DNA from: Patescibacteria group bacterium
Lineage (GTDB): Bacteria; Patescibacteriota; Patescibacteriia; UBA9934
Direction of reading: 5' to 3'
Length of the DNA: 64,000 bases
Assembly (NCBI GenBank): GCA_049296775.1
Contig: JBAQTB010000003.1
Location: forward strand, 76,766 to 140,765
In this document: positions 63,641 through 64,000 of the stretch, piece after piece
Layout of the letters: each line of letters begins with the position of its first letter
How positions within the stretch are numbered: the stretch's first letter is position 1
The notes under the pieces: model-generated
What the model was told of the DNA's origin: nothing
What the model saw: only the letters and a program-made list of their open reading frames with translations
Databases searched by the model: none
Made by a program: the position numbers and the translations under genes

Positions 63641-64000
63641 ATGCCGGCTTTGGCCGACATTTCCCAAGACGTTGCTGGACCAATTCCGGTAGAGATTATT
63701 CAGCAGTGGGTGGAGAGCGCTCAAGATGAGGCGGCTCACACTAGAATTCTGGAGCCGTTTAAGCGGGTCGGGACCATGGTGAGTTCTGATGCCGCCGGTT
63801 TGAGTAAATTGACGGCGGGTAAAACTTTACTTGAGGTCATGAAATTGGTGAGTCAGCCTAAGGAGATTATTCACGCTTACGGTACGGAGATTGGCGGCCG
63901 GCCGATTGGGGTGTGGGTGGCAGATAACACGCAAATGTTTTACGGTCAGGAGGTTGATCCCAATCAGATCGTTGAGCAGATGGTGGGGGCGCAAAATGAG
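63641..64000 (+). CDS. Hypothetical protein, 3' truncated at the window edge
   Basis: ATG at 63641. The ORF is open to the end of the window. Confidence 0.3.
   Translation, partial: MPALADISQDVAGPIPVEIIQQWVESAQDEAAHTRILEPFKRVGTMVSSDAAGLSKLTAGKTLLEVMKLVSQPKEIIHAYGTEIGGRPIGVWVADNTQMFYGQEVDPNQIVEQMVGAQNE

Overview
This is a 64 kb chromosomal segment of a bacterium with about 50% GC and a standard genetic code (long ORFs end at ordinary TGA, TAA and TAG stops). It is gene-dense and dominated by small conserved-unknown families: DUF1801 (two copies), DUF2200, YdeI, cupin and SRPBCC (two copies). Recognisable housekeeping genes are glmS, pepA, msrA, folK, greA, cspA, arfB, two ABC-F ATPases, two ABC-2 exporter pairs, an ECF sigma/anti-sigma pair, a CaCA antiporter and TspO. 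No rRNA, CRISPR array, transposase or integrase was found. Seven things stand out. (1) A secreted 791-aa protein fuses a lysyl-oxidase-like copper/LTQ domain to a PQQ-dependent sugar dehydrogenase beta-propeller, linked by a repeat module that reappears in a second surface protein. (2) A type-II, Ser-like tRNA whose anticodon loop reads UAU sits at the edge of an AT-rich (about 37% GC) islet. (3) That islet carries a TM protein, a MazG-like NTP pyrophosphohydrolase and a GIY-YIG-DUF2075 ATPase. The ATPase gene's stop overlaps a downstream Cas4-like PD-(D/E)xK plus DEDD-exonuclease (DUF2779-like) gene, making the set a candidate defence module. (4) A conserved roughly 85-110 nt leader element contains a CT-rich TTAATCT direct-repeat core, present in 4 copies upstream of three unrelated genes. 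(5) An 8.3 kb high-GC (about 60%) island lies next to tRNA-Glu(CUC). It is made of about 13 small genes for secreted or membrane proteins, each an insulated unit with its own TTGACAAAAG-type promoter and a member of a 7-copy family of homologous terminator-hairpin repeats. Some of those repeats overlap stop codons and donate a C-terminal tail (ELGPDDGPSL). (6) A Doc-family toxin gene has a small upstream partner. (7) A standalone GIY-YIG nuclease sits head-to-head with a PIF1-like helicase with start codons 1 nt apart. Every annotation below rests on reading the translated motifs by eye, not on a database search.
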